DNA of 24,000 bases from contig DATGUB010000142.1 in the NCBI GenBank assembly GCA_035301585.1, positions 1 through 24,000 on the forward strand, read 5' to 3'. Both the position numbers and the translations under genes were made by a program. Shown here one piece after another: positions 1-7,758 of the stretch (its first letter is position 1; every line of letters starts with the position of its first letter). This stretch comes from Beutenbergiaceae bacterium. Its GTDB lineage: Bacteria > Actinomycetota > Actinomycetes > Actinomycetales > Beutenbergiaceae. Under the pieces are notes generated by a model, which saw only the letters and a list, made by a program, of their open reading frames with translations, was not told where the DNA came from and searched no databases.

Positions 1-3000
1 CACGCCAGCCCGCCTCGTCGTCGTATCGAACGCAGGCCCCGGCTCTCTCGAGCACGCCCGCCACCGGGCGGGGCAGGGCCCGCGGTGTGGAGATCACCGG
101 GCGCGCACCGGCTGCCAGGGCGGCGGCGAGCACTCGGATCGACTCCCGGGGCTGCGCGCTCTCGCACAAGCGGATCGTCACGTCGGTGGGGCGGTAACGC
201 AGGAGGTTTCGTTCCACTTCCAGCCCCGAGGCGTCCCGGGCGAGCCCGAACTCCTCCTGCCAGGCTCGGGCGTCGGTGCCGAGCGCTGCGCGCAACCAAT
301 CAAGGTCCGCGCCGACGACGCCGGACTCTTCTGCCGCACTAAACAGTTCCGCGGCGTGGGGGCGCAGTTCGCCGTCAGTCTCCCTGCGGGGGGCGGCGTC
401 GGTGAAGGTTCCCAGGCCGAACAGGTAACTGGGTCCGCCCGCTTTTGTGCCGGGCCCGATCGCAGACTTCTTCCAGCCCCCGAACGACTGCCGGCGCACG
501 ATCGCACCGGTGATCCCTCGGTTCACGTAGAGGTTGCCCGCCTGCACCGAGTTGAGCCACTCGCGTACCTCTGCGGCGTCGAGGGAATGGATACCACTGG
601 TGAGGCCGTAGTCGACCTCGTTGACGTACTCGAGGGCCTCGGCCAACGTTTCTGCGGTCATGATCCCGAGGATGGGGCCGAAATACTCCACGTGGTGGTA
701 CTCCGAGCCGCGTCGGACGCCGTCGCGGACCCCCGGTGCCCACAGTTTCACCCCGCCGGCAGCGTCTCGGGCGAGGGGATGATCCGTTTCGATGGGGCGG
801 GGCCGGATGAGCCAGGACTCCCCCGGGCCCAGCGTCGTGAGTCCGCGCAGGAGCTTGCCCGAGGGCGCAGCGATGACCGGCCCCATCTGGGCGGTGAGAT
901 CCTCCGGTGTGCCCACCTTCAGGGAGGTCACCGCGTCGAGGAGCTGGCTGCGGAACCGCTTGGAGCGGGCGACGGAGCCGACGAGGATGACGAGGGAGGC
1001 AGCCGAGCACTTCTGGCCTGCGTGACCGAAGGCGGAGGCGGCAACGTCCTTCGCCGCGAGGTCGAGGTCGGCGTTCGGGGTGACGATGATGGCGTTCTTG
1101 CCGGAAGTTTCAGCGAAGATCGGCAGATCTGGGCGCAGGGAACGAAACAGCGCAGCGGTGTCGTACGCGCCGGTGAGGATCACCTGGTCGACCCGGGAGT
1201 CGGCGATGAGTTCTGAAGCGGCTTCATCGCTGGGGAATTGGACGTATTGCAGCACGTCCCGCGGCACTCCTGCCTCCCACAGTGCCTCCGCGATGATCGC
1301 CCCGGTCCGGGCGGCCGCGGGGGCAGGTTTGAAGATCACGGCTGAACCCGCCGCGAGGGCGGCGAGCACCCCGCCGGCGGGGATGGCGGCCGGAAAGTTC
1401 CACGGCGGAATGACGGCGGTGAGGGCGCGTGGGGAGAACTCGGCGCCGTCGATCGTCGTCATCTCGGTAGCGAGGGAGGCATAGTAGTGGGCAAAGTCGA
1501 TCGCCTCGCTCACCTCGGGATCGCTCTGGTCAAGGGTCTTGCCGCACTCCGCGCCCATCACCTCAAGTAGGTCCGCGCGCCGGTGCTCGAGCATCTCCCC
1601 GGCGCGGTGGATGATTCCGGCCCGTTCGGCAACGGGCCGTTCCTGCCACGTGATCGCGGCGCTGCGCCCCCGGTCGAGTACCGCGCTCAGCGCGGAGGAA
1701 TCGGGCAGCGTATGGCTGCGGACGAGATCGAGGCCGAGGTCGGAATCGATCATCCGCTCGGCGATCTCCCGGCCCCACTCGCGGTTCCCGGCGAGGTTGG
1801 GGTCGGTGTTCGGCCGGTTCGAGAAGCCCGCCGCGGCGATCTCGTGTGCGCGCGGTGCCACGGCGTTCGCGTCGGTGCGGCGGCGGTCCTGGCCCCGGGA
1901 GGGCGGGGGGACCCGATAGTTCTCAGGCCGACCATCGCCAGTGATCTCCGCCAATCGTGACAGGGAACCAAGGAAACGCTCCTTCTCCCGTTCGAACAAC
2001 GTCTCGTCGTCGGCAAGATCGAAGACGGCGGACATGAAGTTCTCCTGGCTGGCGCCTTCCTCCAGGCGCCGGATGAGGTAGGCGATCGCGACGTCGAACT
2101 CGCCGGGATGGACGACCGGTGTGTAGAGCAGCAGCGAGCCCACGTCCCGTTTCACCGCCTCGGCCTGCCCGGTCGCCATGCCGAGCAGCATCTCCACGTC
2201 CATCTCCTCCTCGACCCCTCGTGCCCGGGCGAGCAGCCAGGCGAGGGCGAGGTCGAACAGGTTGTGCCCTGCCACGCCGATGCGAACGTTCTTCACGCGT
2301 TCGGGGGTGAGGGCGTAGTCGAGCACCGCTTTATAGGAGGTGTCTGAACCTTGCTTGGAATCCCACGTCGCTAGCGGCCAGCCGTGGATTCGAGCGTCGA
2401 CGATCTCCATCGGCAGGTTTGCCCCTTTGACGACCCGGACCTTGATGGGCGCCCCACCCCGTGCGACGCGGTCGGCTGCCCACGCTTGTAGGTCCATCAT
2501 GACTCCCAGCGCGTCGGGAAGATAGGCCTGCAGCACGATCCCGGCCTCGAGGTCGTGGAACTCGGGGCGCTGGAGAACCCCTTTGAAGACGGCGACGGTG
2601 AGGTCGAGGTCGGGGTATTCCTCCATGTCGAGGTTAATGAACTTGCGCGGAGATGCGGCGCGGGCCTTGGCGAACAGGGGCACGAGCCGATCTTCCATGT
2701 GAGCCACCGCCTCGTCGAAGGCCCAATGGTTGTGCGGTGCGACCGTGGAGGAGACCTTGATCGAGACGTAGTCGACGTCGTCGCGCTCGAGGAGTCGGTG
2801 GGTGCCGGCGAGGCGCCGCTCGGCCTCGGTCTCCCCGAGGATGTATTCGCCGAGCAGGTTCAGGTTCAAGCGCACGTCATCGGTCTTGATCTTCTCGATC
2901 GCTTTGCCGAGTCTCGCGTCGGTGGCGTCGATGATGAGGTGGGAGACCATCTGGCGCAGCGCTTTTCGCGCGATGGGAACGACCACTCCGGGCGCGAGGC

Positions 3001-3286
3001 GTGAGGCCGCGCCGCCCAGGGAGACGAGCGAGCGGAGCCAGCCGAGGAACTGTGGAGTGATAGCGCCGAGTTCCCGAAGCTTCTTGGCCGCCGCCCGGTG
3101 GTCTTCGGGGCGGACCACTTCATCGACGAAGCGGACGGTGAACTCCAGGCCGTGGGGGTCCTGGAGAACGCCGGCGAGTCGAGCGGCCGCGGGATCAACG
3201 GGATAGTTCTTCGCTTCGGTGAGCCAGCGGCGCACGAGGGCGACCGCCTCCTCGGCGAGATCCTGCGGGCGAACGTCGGTACTCAT
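1..3286 (-). CDS. putA: Bifunctional proline dehydrogenase / L-glutamate-gamma-semialdehyde (P5C) dehydrogenase PutA; C-terminal end cut by the window edge (at least 1095 codons present)
   Basis: Not in the ORF track because there is no stop inside the window. Manual reverse-complement translation from ATG 3286..3284 (SD-like GGAGAGGTGAAGG directly upstream) stays open to position 1: MSTDVRPQDLAEEAVALVRRWLTEAKNYPVDPAAARLAGVLQDPHGLEF... The PRODH-type part contains DYVSIKVSS, KFINLDMEEYPDLDL, GIVLQAYLPDA and IKVRVVKGANL. The ALDH part contains IPPWNFPAAIP, FAETSGKNAIIV, AFGHAGQKCSAAS (catalytic Cys, around 1000-1040) and FGPILGIM. The + strand ORFs listed between 85 and 3376 are antisense shadows of this gene. 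Confidence 0.9.
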   Translation of the reverse strand, partial: MSTDVRPQDLAEEAVALVRRWLTEAKNYPVDPAAARLAGVLQDPHGLEFTVRFVDEVVRPEDHRAAAKKLRELGAITPQFLGWLRSLVSLGGAASRLAPGVVVPIARKALRQMVSHLIIDATDARLGKAIEKIKTDDVRLNLNLLGEYILGETEAERRLAGTHRLLERDDVDYVSIKVSSTVAPHNHWAFDEAVAHMEDRLVPLFAKARAASPRKFINLDMEEYPDLDLTVAVFKGVLQRPEFHDLEAGIVLQAYLPDALGVMMDLQAWAADRVARGGAPIKVRVVKGANLPMEIVDARIHGWPLATWDSKQGSDTSYKAVLDYALTPERVKNVRIGVAGHNLFDLALAWLLARARGVEEEMDVEMLLGMATGQAEAVKRDVGSLLLYTPVVHPGEFDVAIAYLIRRLEEGASQENFMSAVFDLADDETLFEREKERFLGSLSRLAEITGDGRPENYRVPPPSRGQDRRRTDANAVAPRAHEIAAAGFSNRPNTDPNLAGNREWGREIAERMIDSDLGLDLVRSHTLPDSSALSAVLDRGRSAAITWQERPVAERAGIIHRAGEMLEHRRADLLEVMGAECGKTLDQSDPEVSEAIDFAHYYASLATEMTTIDGAEFSPRALTAVIPPWNFPAAIPAGGVLAALAAGSAVIFKPAPAAARTGAIIAEALWEAGVPRDVLQYVQFPSDEAASELIADSRVDQVILTGAYDTAALFRSLRPDLPIFAETSGKNAIIVTPNADLDLAAKDVAASAFGHAGQKCSAASLVILVGSVARSKRFRSQLLDAVTSLKVGTPEDLTAQMGPVIAAPSGKLLRGLTTLGPGESWLIRPRPIETDHPLARDAAGGVKLWAPGVRDGVRRGSEYHHVEYFGPILGIMTAETLAEALEYVNEVDYGLTSGIHSLDAAEVREWLNSVQAGNLYVNRGITGAIVRRQSFGGWKKSAIGPGTKAGGPSYLFGLGTFTDAAPRRETDGELRPHAAELFSAAEESGVVGADLDWLRAALGTDARAWQEEFGLARDASGLEVERNLLRYRPTDVTIRLCESAQPRESIRVLAAALAAGARPVISTPRALPRPVAGVLERAGACVRYDDEAGWR

Positions 3287-3388
3287 CCTTCACCTCTCCG
3301 GCGCGGGAACGGACCGCGCTGTGGCCAGGCTACAAGTGGGGAGGGCACCCAGAAGCCAAGAAACAGTTACTCTTAGTGGAGGTCATCA

Positions 3389-3404
3389 ATTAGGAACGCT
3401 TAAT
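3389..3404. promoter_or_regulatory. Candidate LysR-type (T-N11-A) dyad ATTAGGAACGCTTAAT in the putA/LysR divergent intergenic region
   Basis: An AT-rich ATTA-N8-TAAT dyad stands out in an otherwise GC-rich 132-nt divergent region. It fits the T-N11-A rule and lies 15 nt upstream of the LysR GTG start. There is no experimental or comparative support. Confidence 0.25.
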
Positions 3405-3418
3405 GGTGGAGGCGGAGA

Positions 3419-4357
3419 GTGCTGGATGTGAAGCGGCTCCGGCTGCTGTGGGAATTGCGGGCGCGGGGCACGATCGCCGCCGTCGCCCGCGCCTTGAACT
3501 ACACGCCCTCGGCGGTCTCCCAGCAGCTCACCCTGCTCGAACGCGAGGCGGGAGTACCGTTGCTGCGCAAGGCCGGCAGGAGCGTGGAGCTCACCGCGGC
3601 CGGCGAGGCGCTGGTAGCGGAGACCGGCCGGTTGCTCGGCGCCTTGGAACAGGCGGAGGCGGCGGTCGCCCGGTCGCAGACGACGATTTCCGGCGATCTG
3701 CGGGTCGCGGTGTTTCAAACGGCCGTGCTCACCCTCATGCCGGGGGCGCTGCGGAACCTGCGGATGGCCTACCCGCACCTGCGCGTCGAAGTCGTGCAAT
3801 ATGAGCCCGAGCTAGGGCTGTACGAAACGTGGGCGCGCGGCTTCGACCTCGTCGTCGCCGAGCAATACCCCGGCCACGCTGCGGCGCACTTTGAGGGGCT
3901 GGACCGCCGCGGGCTGCTCAACGACCCGATCCAGTTGGCCGTACCGCCGGCCTCGGCGGCGGACGGAGCATTTGCCCGGGTGCACACGATTGACGAGACC
4001 GCCTCGTTGCCGTGGGTGATGGAACCTCACCCCGCCGCCTCTCGCCACTGGGCGGAACAGGCGTGCCGGAGCGCCGGCTTCGAGCCCGACGTCCGCTACG
4101 AGACCGCCGATCTCCAGGCCCACATCCGGTTGATCGAATCGGGGAATGCCGTTGCTCTTCTGCCGGGGCTCGTGCACGGGCGGGAGCAGCCGCGCGTGCG
4201 GCTCATCGACCTTCCCGGATCGCCGCGGCGAACGATCTTTACCGCCGCACGCACGACCGCCGGCGCCCATCCGCCCCTCGCCGCCGTGCGCGATGCGCTC
4301 ACCCGAGAAGCACGGAGAGTCGTTGCCCCTGCAAATAGAACTCAGGCGGGGGAGTGA
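3419..4357 (+). CDS. LysR-family transcriptional regulator, divergent from putA
   Basis: GTG start preceded by GGAGGCGGAGA. The N-terminal wHTH is LRLLWELRARGTIAAVARALNYTPSAVSQQLTLLEREAGVPLLRKAGRSVELTAAG. At 312 aa with a C-terminal substrate-binding-like region, it has the typical LTTR length and divergent layout. Confidence 0.9.
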   Translation: MLDVKRLRLLWELRARGTIAAVARALNYTPSAVSQQLTLLEREAGVPLLRKAGRSVELTAAGEALVAETGRLLGALEQAEAAVARSQTTISGDLRVAVFQTAVLTLMPGALRNLRMAYPHLRVEVVQYEPELGLYETWARGFDLVVAEQYPGHAAAHFEGLDRRGLLNDPIQLAVPPASAADGAFARVHTIDETASLPWVMEPHPAASRHWAEQACRSAGFEPDVRYETADLQAHIRLIESGNAVALLPGLVHGREQPRVRLIDLPGSPRRTIFTAARTTAGAHPPLAAVRDALTREARRVVAPANRTQAGE

Positions 4358-4415
4358 GCAGGGCGCCCTGTGCGATACTAGGACGTTGCGATTCGTCACC
4401 GATGGAAGGGGACCC

Positions 4416-5081
4416 ATGCCCTCTGCTTACCCACCACCAGAAGGAAACGACCCTTCGTATCAACCCGGCCCGCAACCATATCCTGAACAGTACGGTTCGG
4501 TCCCCGGCGGGCCGCAACCGCAACCCGCACCCCCGGCCCGCGGTCGGAAGGGCCCGCTCGCGATGCTCATCGCCGGGCTCGCATGCGGAGTCGTCTCAGT
4601 GATCCTCATCCTCATCGGGGCGGGCGTTGGTGTCGGTGGCGCGGTGGCCGCGGGTCAAGAGCAAGTCCTGCTCGAACCCGGAACCCCGCACACGCTCGAC
4701 GTCGAGGCGGACATGGAGTACGGGATCTACCTCGACGGTCCCTCCGAGGTCCGGTGCTACGCGGAGAACCAACATGACGAACCGGTAGAAATTGAGGCCC
4801 CGGGCGCGAACGTAACGGTGAACAACCGCAATCGGGTCTTGGTGATCACCACCGGACCCGGCGACACTGAGCTGAACCTCGTTTGTGAAACCGACACCGG
4901 CGGCGACTTCTTCTTCGGAGAAAACTTCGGTGACAAGCTCGGTGGGATGGTCATCCCGATAGCCATCGGCGCGATCGTGGGGTTCTTCGCATTCCCGCTC
5001 ACGATCGGCGGAATCATATGGCTCGTGGTGCGCAACCGGGAGATCAAACGCGCCCGCGAAGGGGCCTACCCCGCGGGATAG
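4416..5081 (+). CDS. Hypothetical membrane protein: Pro/Gln/Tyr-rich N-terminus, two TM helices flanking a domain of about 110 aa
   Basis: Internal ATG 4416 with GGAAGGGG upstream. The track ORF start at 4146 would overlap the LysR gene in another frame. Sequence: MPSAYPPPEGNDPSYQPGPQPYPEQYGSVPGGPQPQP..., TM1 LAMLIAGLACGVVSVILILIGAGVGVGG, TM2 MVIPIAIGAIVGFFAFPLTIGGIIWLVV. I do not recognise a family. Confidence 0.6.
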   Translation: MPSAYPPPEGNDPSYQPGPQPYPEQYGSVPGGPQPQPAPPARGRKGPLAMLIAGLACGVVSVILILIGAGVGVGGAVAAGQEQVLLEPGTPHTLDVEADMEYGIYLDGPSEVRCYAENQHDEPVEIEAPGANVTVNNRNRVLVITTGPGDTELNLVCETDTGGDFFFGENFGDKLGGMVIPIAIGAIVGFFAFPLTIGGIIWLVVRNREIKRAREGAYPAG

Positions 5082-5138
5082 CCCGTCCGGGGAGAAAATA
5101 GCTGGGCAGGCCCGGAACGCGCTGTTACCGTGACGCCC

Positions 5139-5201
5139 ATGGGCACTCTCATCACCGCGCTCGCAGCCGCGCGCACACTCACCTACCGCGACCGCGCATA
5201 G
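5139..5201 (+). CDS. Candidate leader peptide sORF (20 codons, MGTLITALAAARTLTYRDRA*) upstream of the erm-like gene
   Basis: ATG 5139 to TAG 5199-5201, read directly from the sequence. It ends in R-D-R, a +x+ pattern, and sits 97 nt upstream of the erm-like ATG. Against it: no convincing SD precedes the ATG. Confidence 0.3.
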   Translation: MGTLITALAAARTLTYRDRA

Positions 5202-5202
5202 C

Positions 5203-5261
5203 GGCGCGCTAGGAGGCCTGGGCTCGCACTCAACCGTCGGCCCAGGTGATGTTCGCGCGCC
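5203..5261 (+). promoter_or_regulatory. Nested GC-rich stem structure between the leader sORF and the erm-like gene (possible attenuator)
   Basis: The outer stem GGCGCGC (5203-5209) / GCGCGCC (5255-5261) encloses the inner stem CCTGGGC (5217-5223) / GCCCAGG (5240-5246). A self-complementary GCGCGC block inside the sORF (about 5169-5174) could compete for pairing. The erm SD GGAG (5288-5291) is not obviously sequestered. Confidence 0.3.
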
Positions 5262-5297
5262 AGGAACAAGTCATTTCCCTTCGACTTGGAGCGCACT

Positions 5298-6080
5298 ATG
5301 CCCCCCACTTTCCCGGGCGGACCACACGAACGTGGCGAGAATCTGCTCACCCACCGCCCCACCCTCACGCACCTCGGTGCCCTCGCCGCCCGCACCACCG
5401 GTTCGATCCTCGAGATCGGCACCGGATCCGGGCTGCTCACCCGCCGGCTCGCGGAACTGGGCCGACCCTTGACGACGATCGATATAGACCCCGGCAACGT
5501 CCGCCGCGCCCGCCGCCGCCTGCCCCACGTGGAGGTGCTCTGCGCCGACGCGCTGGAGTACCGCCTCGCCGCGGACACGATCATCGGGAACCTGCCGTTC
5601 CACCTCACCACGCCGATCCTGCGCCGGTTGCTTCGCGAACCGGCCTGGGGGGAGGCGATCCTTCTCATCCAGTGGGAAGTAGCCCGCAAACGGGCGGGCG
5701 TGGGAGGCGGAACGATGATGACGGGGCAAGCCGCGCCGTGGTTCACGTTCGTGCTGCACGGGCGGGTTCCGGCGCACCACTTTTCGCCGGTACCGTCAGT
5801 AGACGCCGGGATCCTCGGCATCAGACGGCGGACCGAACCGCTCATCCCCCATACCCATCGGGCGGGTTATGAACGGTTCGTCCGGGCGGTATTCACTTCC
5901 CGGGGCCGAACCTTCCCACAACTCCTTGGCAGCGTCACTCGGTTGCCGCCCCGCGCGGCGAAGAGACTCGTGGCGAGCGCGGGGATCCGCTTCACACACC
6001 GCCCACGAGATCTCACGCCGGAGCAGTGGTGCCGGTTATGGAGGGCAACGAGGGCGGCGGCCGATAAAGTATCAACGTGA
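5298..6080 (+). CDS. erm: Erm-family 23S rRNA (adenine-N6)-methyltransferase-like protein (RrnaAD / KsgA-Erm fold)
   Basis: ATG 5298 lies 6 nt after GGAG; the track start TTG 5286 is in frame. Motifs: GPHERGENLL (compare G-Q-N-F-L), SAM loop ILEIGTGSGLLT, IGNLPFHLTTPILRRLL (N-[LI]-P-[FY]), LLIQWEVARKRAGVGGGTMMT and PVPSVDAGILGIRRR. From memory this pattern matches actinobacterial Erm proteins (ErmX / Erm(37-41) type) better than housekeeping KsgA. Confidence 0.8.
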   Translation: MPPTFPGGPHERGENLLTHRPTLTHLGALAARTTGSILEIGTGSGLLTRRLAELGRPLTTIDIDPGNVRRARRRLPHVEVLCADALEYRLAADTIIGNLPFHLTTPILRRLLREPAWGEAILLIQWEVARKRAGVGGGTMMTGQAAPWFTFVLHGRVPAHHFSPVPSVDAGILGIRRRTEPLIPHTHRAGYERFVRAVFTSRGRTFPQLLGSVTRLPPRAAKRLVASAGIRFTHRPRDLTPEQWCRLWRATRAAADKVST

Positions 6081-6766
6081 ACGCAGAAGGCAGTGACCGC
6101 AGGACCATCCCGCAGCGGCAGACCCGGTGGGCGAGGCGCGCGGCAGACCTCCTATACCGGGCGAGGATCCGCCCCAACCACGTCTCCGTCGCGTCCGCCA
6201 TCATCGCGATCATCGGAAGCGTCACACTCGTTCTCAGCGGCGCGGCCCTCGGGGCGACCCGCCCCGTGCTGCTGATCGTGACCGCCCTGACCATCCCGCT
6301 GCGGCTACTGTTCAACATGCTCGATGGGATGCTCGCGGTAGAAAAAGGGTTGCACCAGCCCACTGGGGACCTGTTCAACGAGATACCCGATCGGCTCGCC
6401 GACCTCGCACTCCTCGCCGCTGCCGGCTACGCCACCGCGGGGCTGGTGATCACCGAACGGGGCACCGATCTCGGGGTGCTGCTCGGATGGCTCGCCGCCT
6501 GCAGCGCCCTCGGCACGGCGTACGTGCGCACCCTCGGCGCCGCTCAAGGGGTCGGCAACCACTTCGACGGACCCACCGCGAAACCCGCGCGGATGTGGAT
6601 CCTGTTCCTCGCCTGTATCGGCGCGATCTTCGAACCGGGGAGCCAACGCGGAATCGCGTTCGTTATCGCGCTCACCATCATTGCGCTCGGATCGCTCGCG
6701 ACGATCCTCGCCCGGCTGAAGCGGATCACACGCGCCCTACGCTCCTCCGGGCCGGACGAGCGATGA
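6077..6766 (+). CDS. CDP-alcohol phosphatidyltransferase family membrane protein (YnbA-like)
   Basis: GTG 6077 overlaps the erm stop (GTGA). Signature: NMLDGMLAVEKGLHQPTGDLFNEIPDRLADLAL, a D-G-x2-A...G...D-x3-D type motif. It has multiple TM helices. From memory it resembles E. coli YnbA (NALDGMLARE...NETGDVISD). Confidence 0.75.
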   Translation: MNAEGSDRRTIPQRQTRWARRAADLLYRARIRPNHVSVASAIIAIIGSVTLVLSGAALGATRPVLLIVTALTIPLRLLFNMLDGMLAVEKGLHQPTGDLFNEIPDRLADLALLAAAGYATAGLVITERGTDLGVLLGWLAACSALGTAYVRTLGAAQGVGNHFDGPTAKPARMWILFLACIGAIFEPGSQRGIAFVIALTIIALGSLATILARLKRITRALRSSGPDER

Positions 6767-7758
6767 TGACCAGCACCGTCGGGCTCCTCGACGCCACCGC
6801 CTTGCGGCTGCTTGGCGGAGTCGGGGTGGTCCTCATCCTCGCCACCGTGATCGCGTGGCTACTCAGTTGGCGGCTCCGCGCGCCGAAACATGAGGAGCTA
6901 CTGACGAACCTGCGCCAACGCATCTACGCGTGGTGGATCATGATCGCCGTCCTCTTCGGCTCGCTCGCACTCGGAGAGCTGGCTGCGATCCTGCTGTTCG
7001 CCGTCCTCTCGTTGCTCGCCCTTCGAGAGTTTCTCACCCTCGCGCCCATGCCGAGCAGGCGCGTGCTGACGGCGGTGGTGATCGGCGCCGCCGTGATCCA
7101 CTATGCCCTCCTCACGAAACACTGGTACGGGTTCTACTCGGTGTTCATCCCGGTCTACGTGTTCTTGTTCCTCCCCGCCGCTGCCGCCCTCACCGGGCGC
7201 ACCACCGGCTTCCTCACTCGCACCGCGATCGCCCAGTGGGCGCTCATGGTCTGCGTGTTCGCGCTCAGTTTCAACCCTGCCTTGCTCCACCTTCCCGTCG
7301 CGATCGAACAGGGCCGCGAGGCAGCCGACGGGGCACCACTCGGCGCCGGGGGAGCAGCGGGCGGGAGACTATTGCTATTCCTCGTCATCGTCGTGCAAGG
7401 CTCCGACGTGCTGCAGTACATCTGGGGAAAGCTATTCGGCCGCCACCCGATCGCACCTTCGGTGAGCCCGAACAAGACCTGGGAAGGTTTCATCGGCGGC
7501 GTGCTCACCGCTACCGTGCTCGGCAGCGGGCTCGCCTGGCTCACCCCGTTCGCCCCATGGCAGGCGGGGGTGATGGCCTTCATCTCGTGCGTGCTCGGCT
7601 TCGCCGGGGGCCTGGTGATGAGCTCCATCAAACGTGACCGTGACATCAAGGACTTCGGCGCTCTGATACCCGGGCACGGGGGAGTGATGGATCGCCTCGA
7701 CTCCCTCACCTTCGCAGCGCCGGTCTTCTTTCACCTCGTGCGCTACTTCTTCACCTGA
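6763..7758 (+). CDS. Phosphatidate cytidylyltransferase family protein (CdsA paralog, YnbB-like)
   Basis: ATG 6763 overlaps the upstream stop (ATGA). The N-terminal 212 codons of track ORF 6127..7758 are an out-of-frame overlap artefact. Signature: SSIKRDRDIKDFGALIPGHGGVMDRLDSLTFAAPVFFHLVRYFFT (S-x2-K-R-x4-K-D-x5-P-G-H-G-G-x2-D-R-x-D). From memory the C-terminus parallels E. coli YnbB. Confidence 0.8.
   Translation: MMTSTVGLLDATALRLLGGVGVVLILATVIAWLLSWRLRAPKHEELLTNLRQRIYAWWIMIAVLFGSLALGELAAILLFAVLSLLALREFLTLAPMPSRRVLTAVVIGAAVIHYALLTKHWYGFYSVFIPVYVFLFLPAAAALTGRTTGFLTRTAIAQWALMVCVFALSFNPALLHLPVAIEQGREAADGAPLGAGGAAGGRLLLFLVIVVQGSDVLQYIWGKLFGRHPIAPSVSPNKTWEGFIGGVLTATVLGSGLAWLTPFAPWQAGVMAFISCVLGFAGGLVMSSIKRDRDIKDFGALIPGHGGVMDRLDSLTFAAPVFFHLVRYFFT

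Noticed and set aside
4146-4415. N-terminal extension of the membrane protein ORF overlapping the LysR gene
   Set aside because: It would require a 212-nt out-of-frame overlap with the LysR CDS. The internal ATG 4416 has an SD and begins just after the LysR stop.
5246-5872. 208-aa plus-strand ORF starting inside the erm leader, out of frame with the erm-like gene
   Set aside because: It is a P/R-rich frame artefact. The erm frame carries all the methyltransferase motifs.
6127-6762. N-terminal 212 codons of the 543-aa track ORF (6127..7758)
   Set aside because: This R/P-rich stretch overlaps the CDP-alcohol phosphatidyltransferase gene out of frame. The real CdsA-like gene starts at ATG 6763, coupled by an ATGA overlap.
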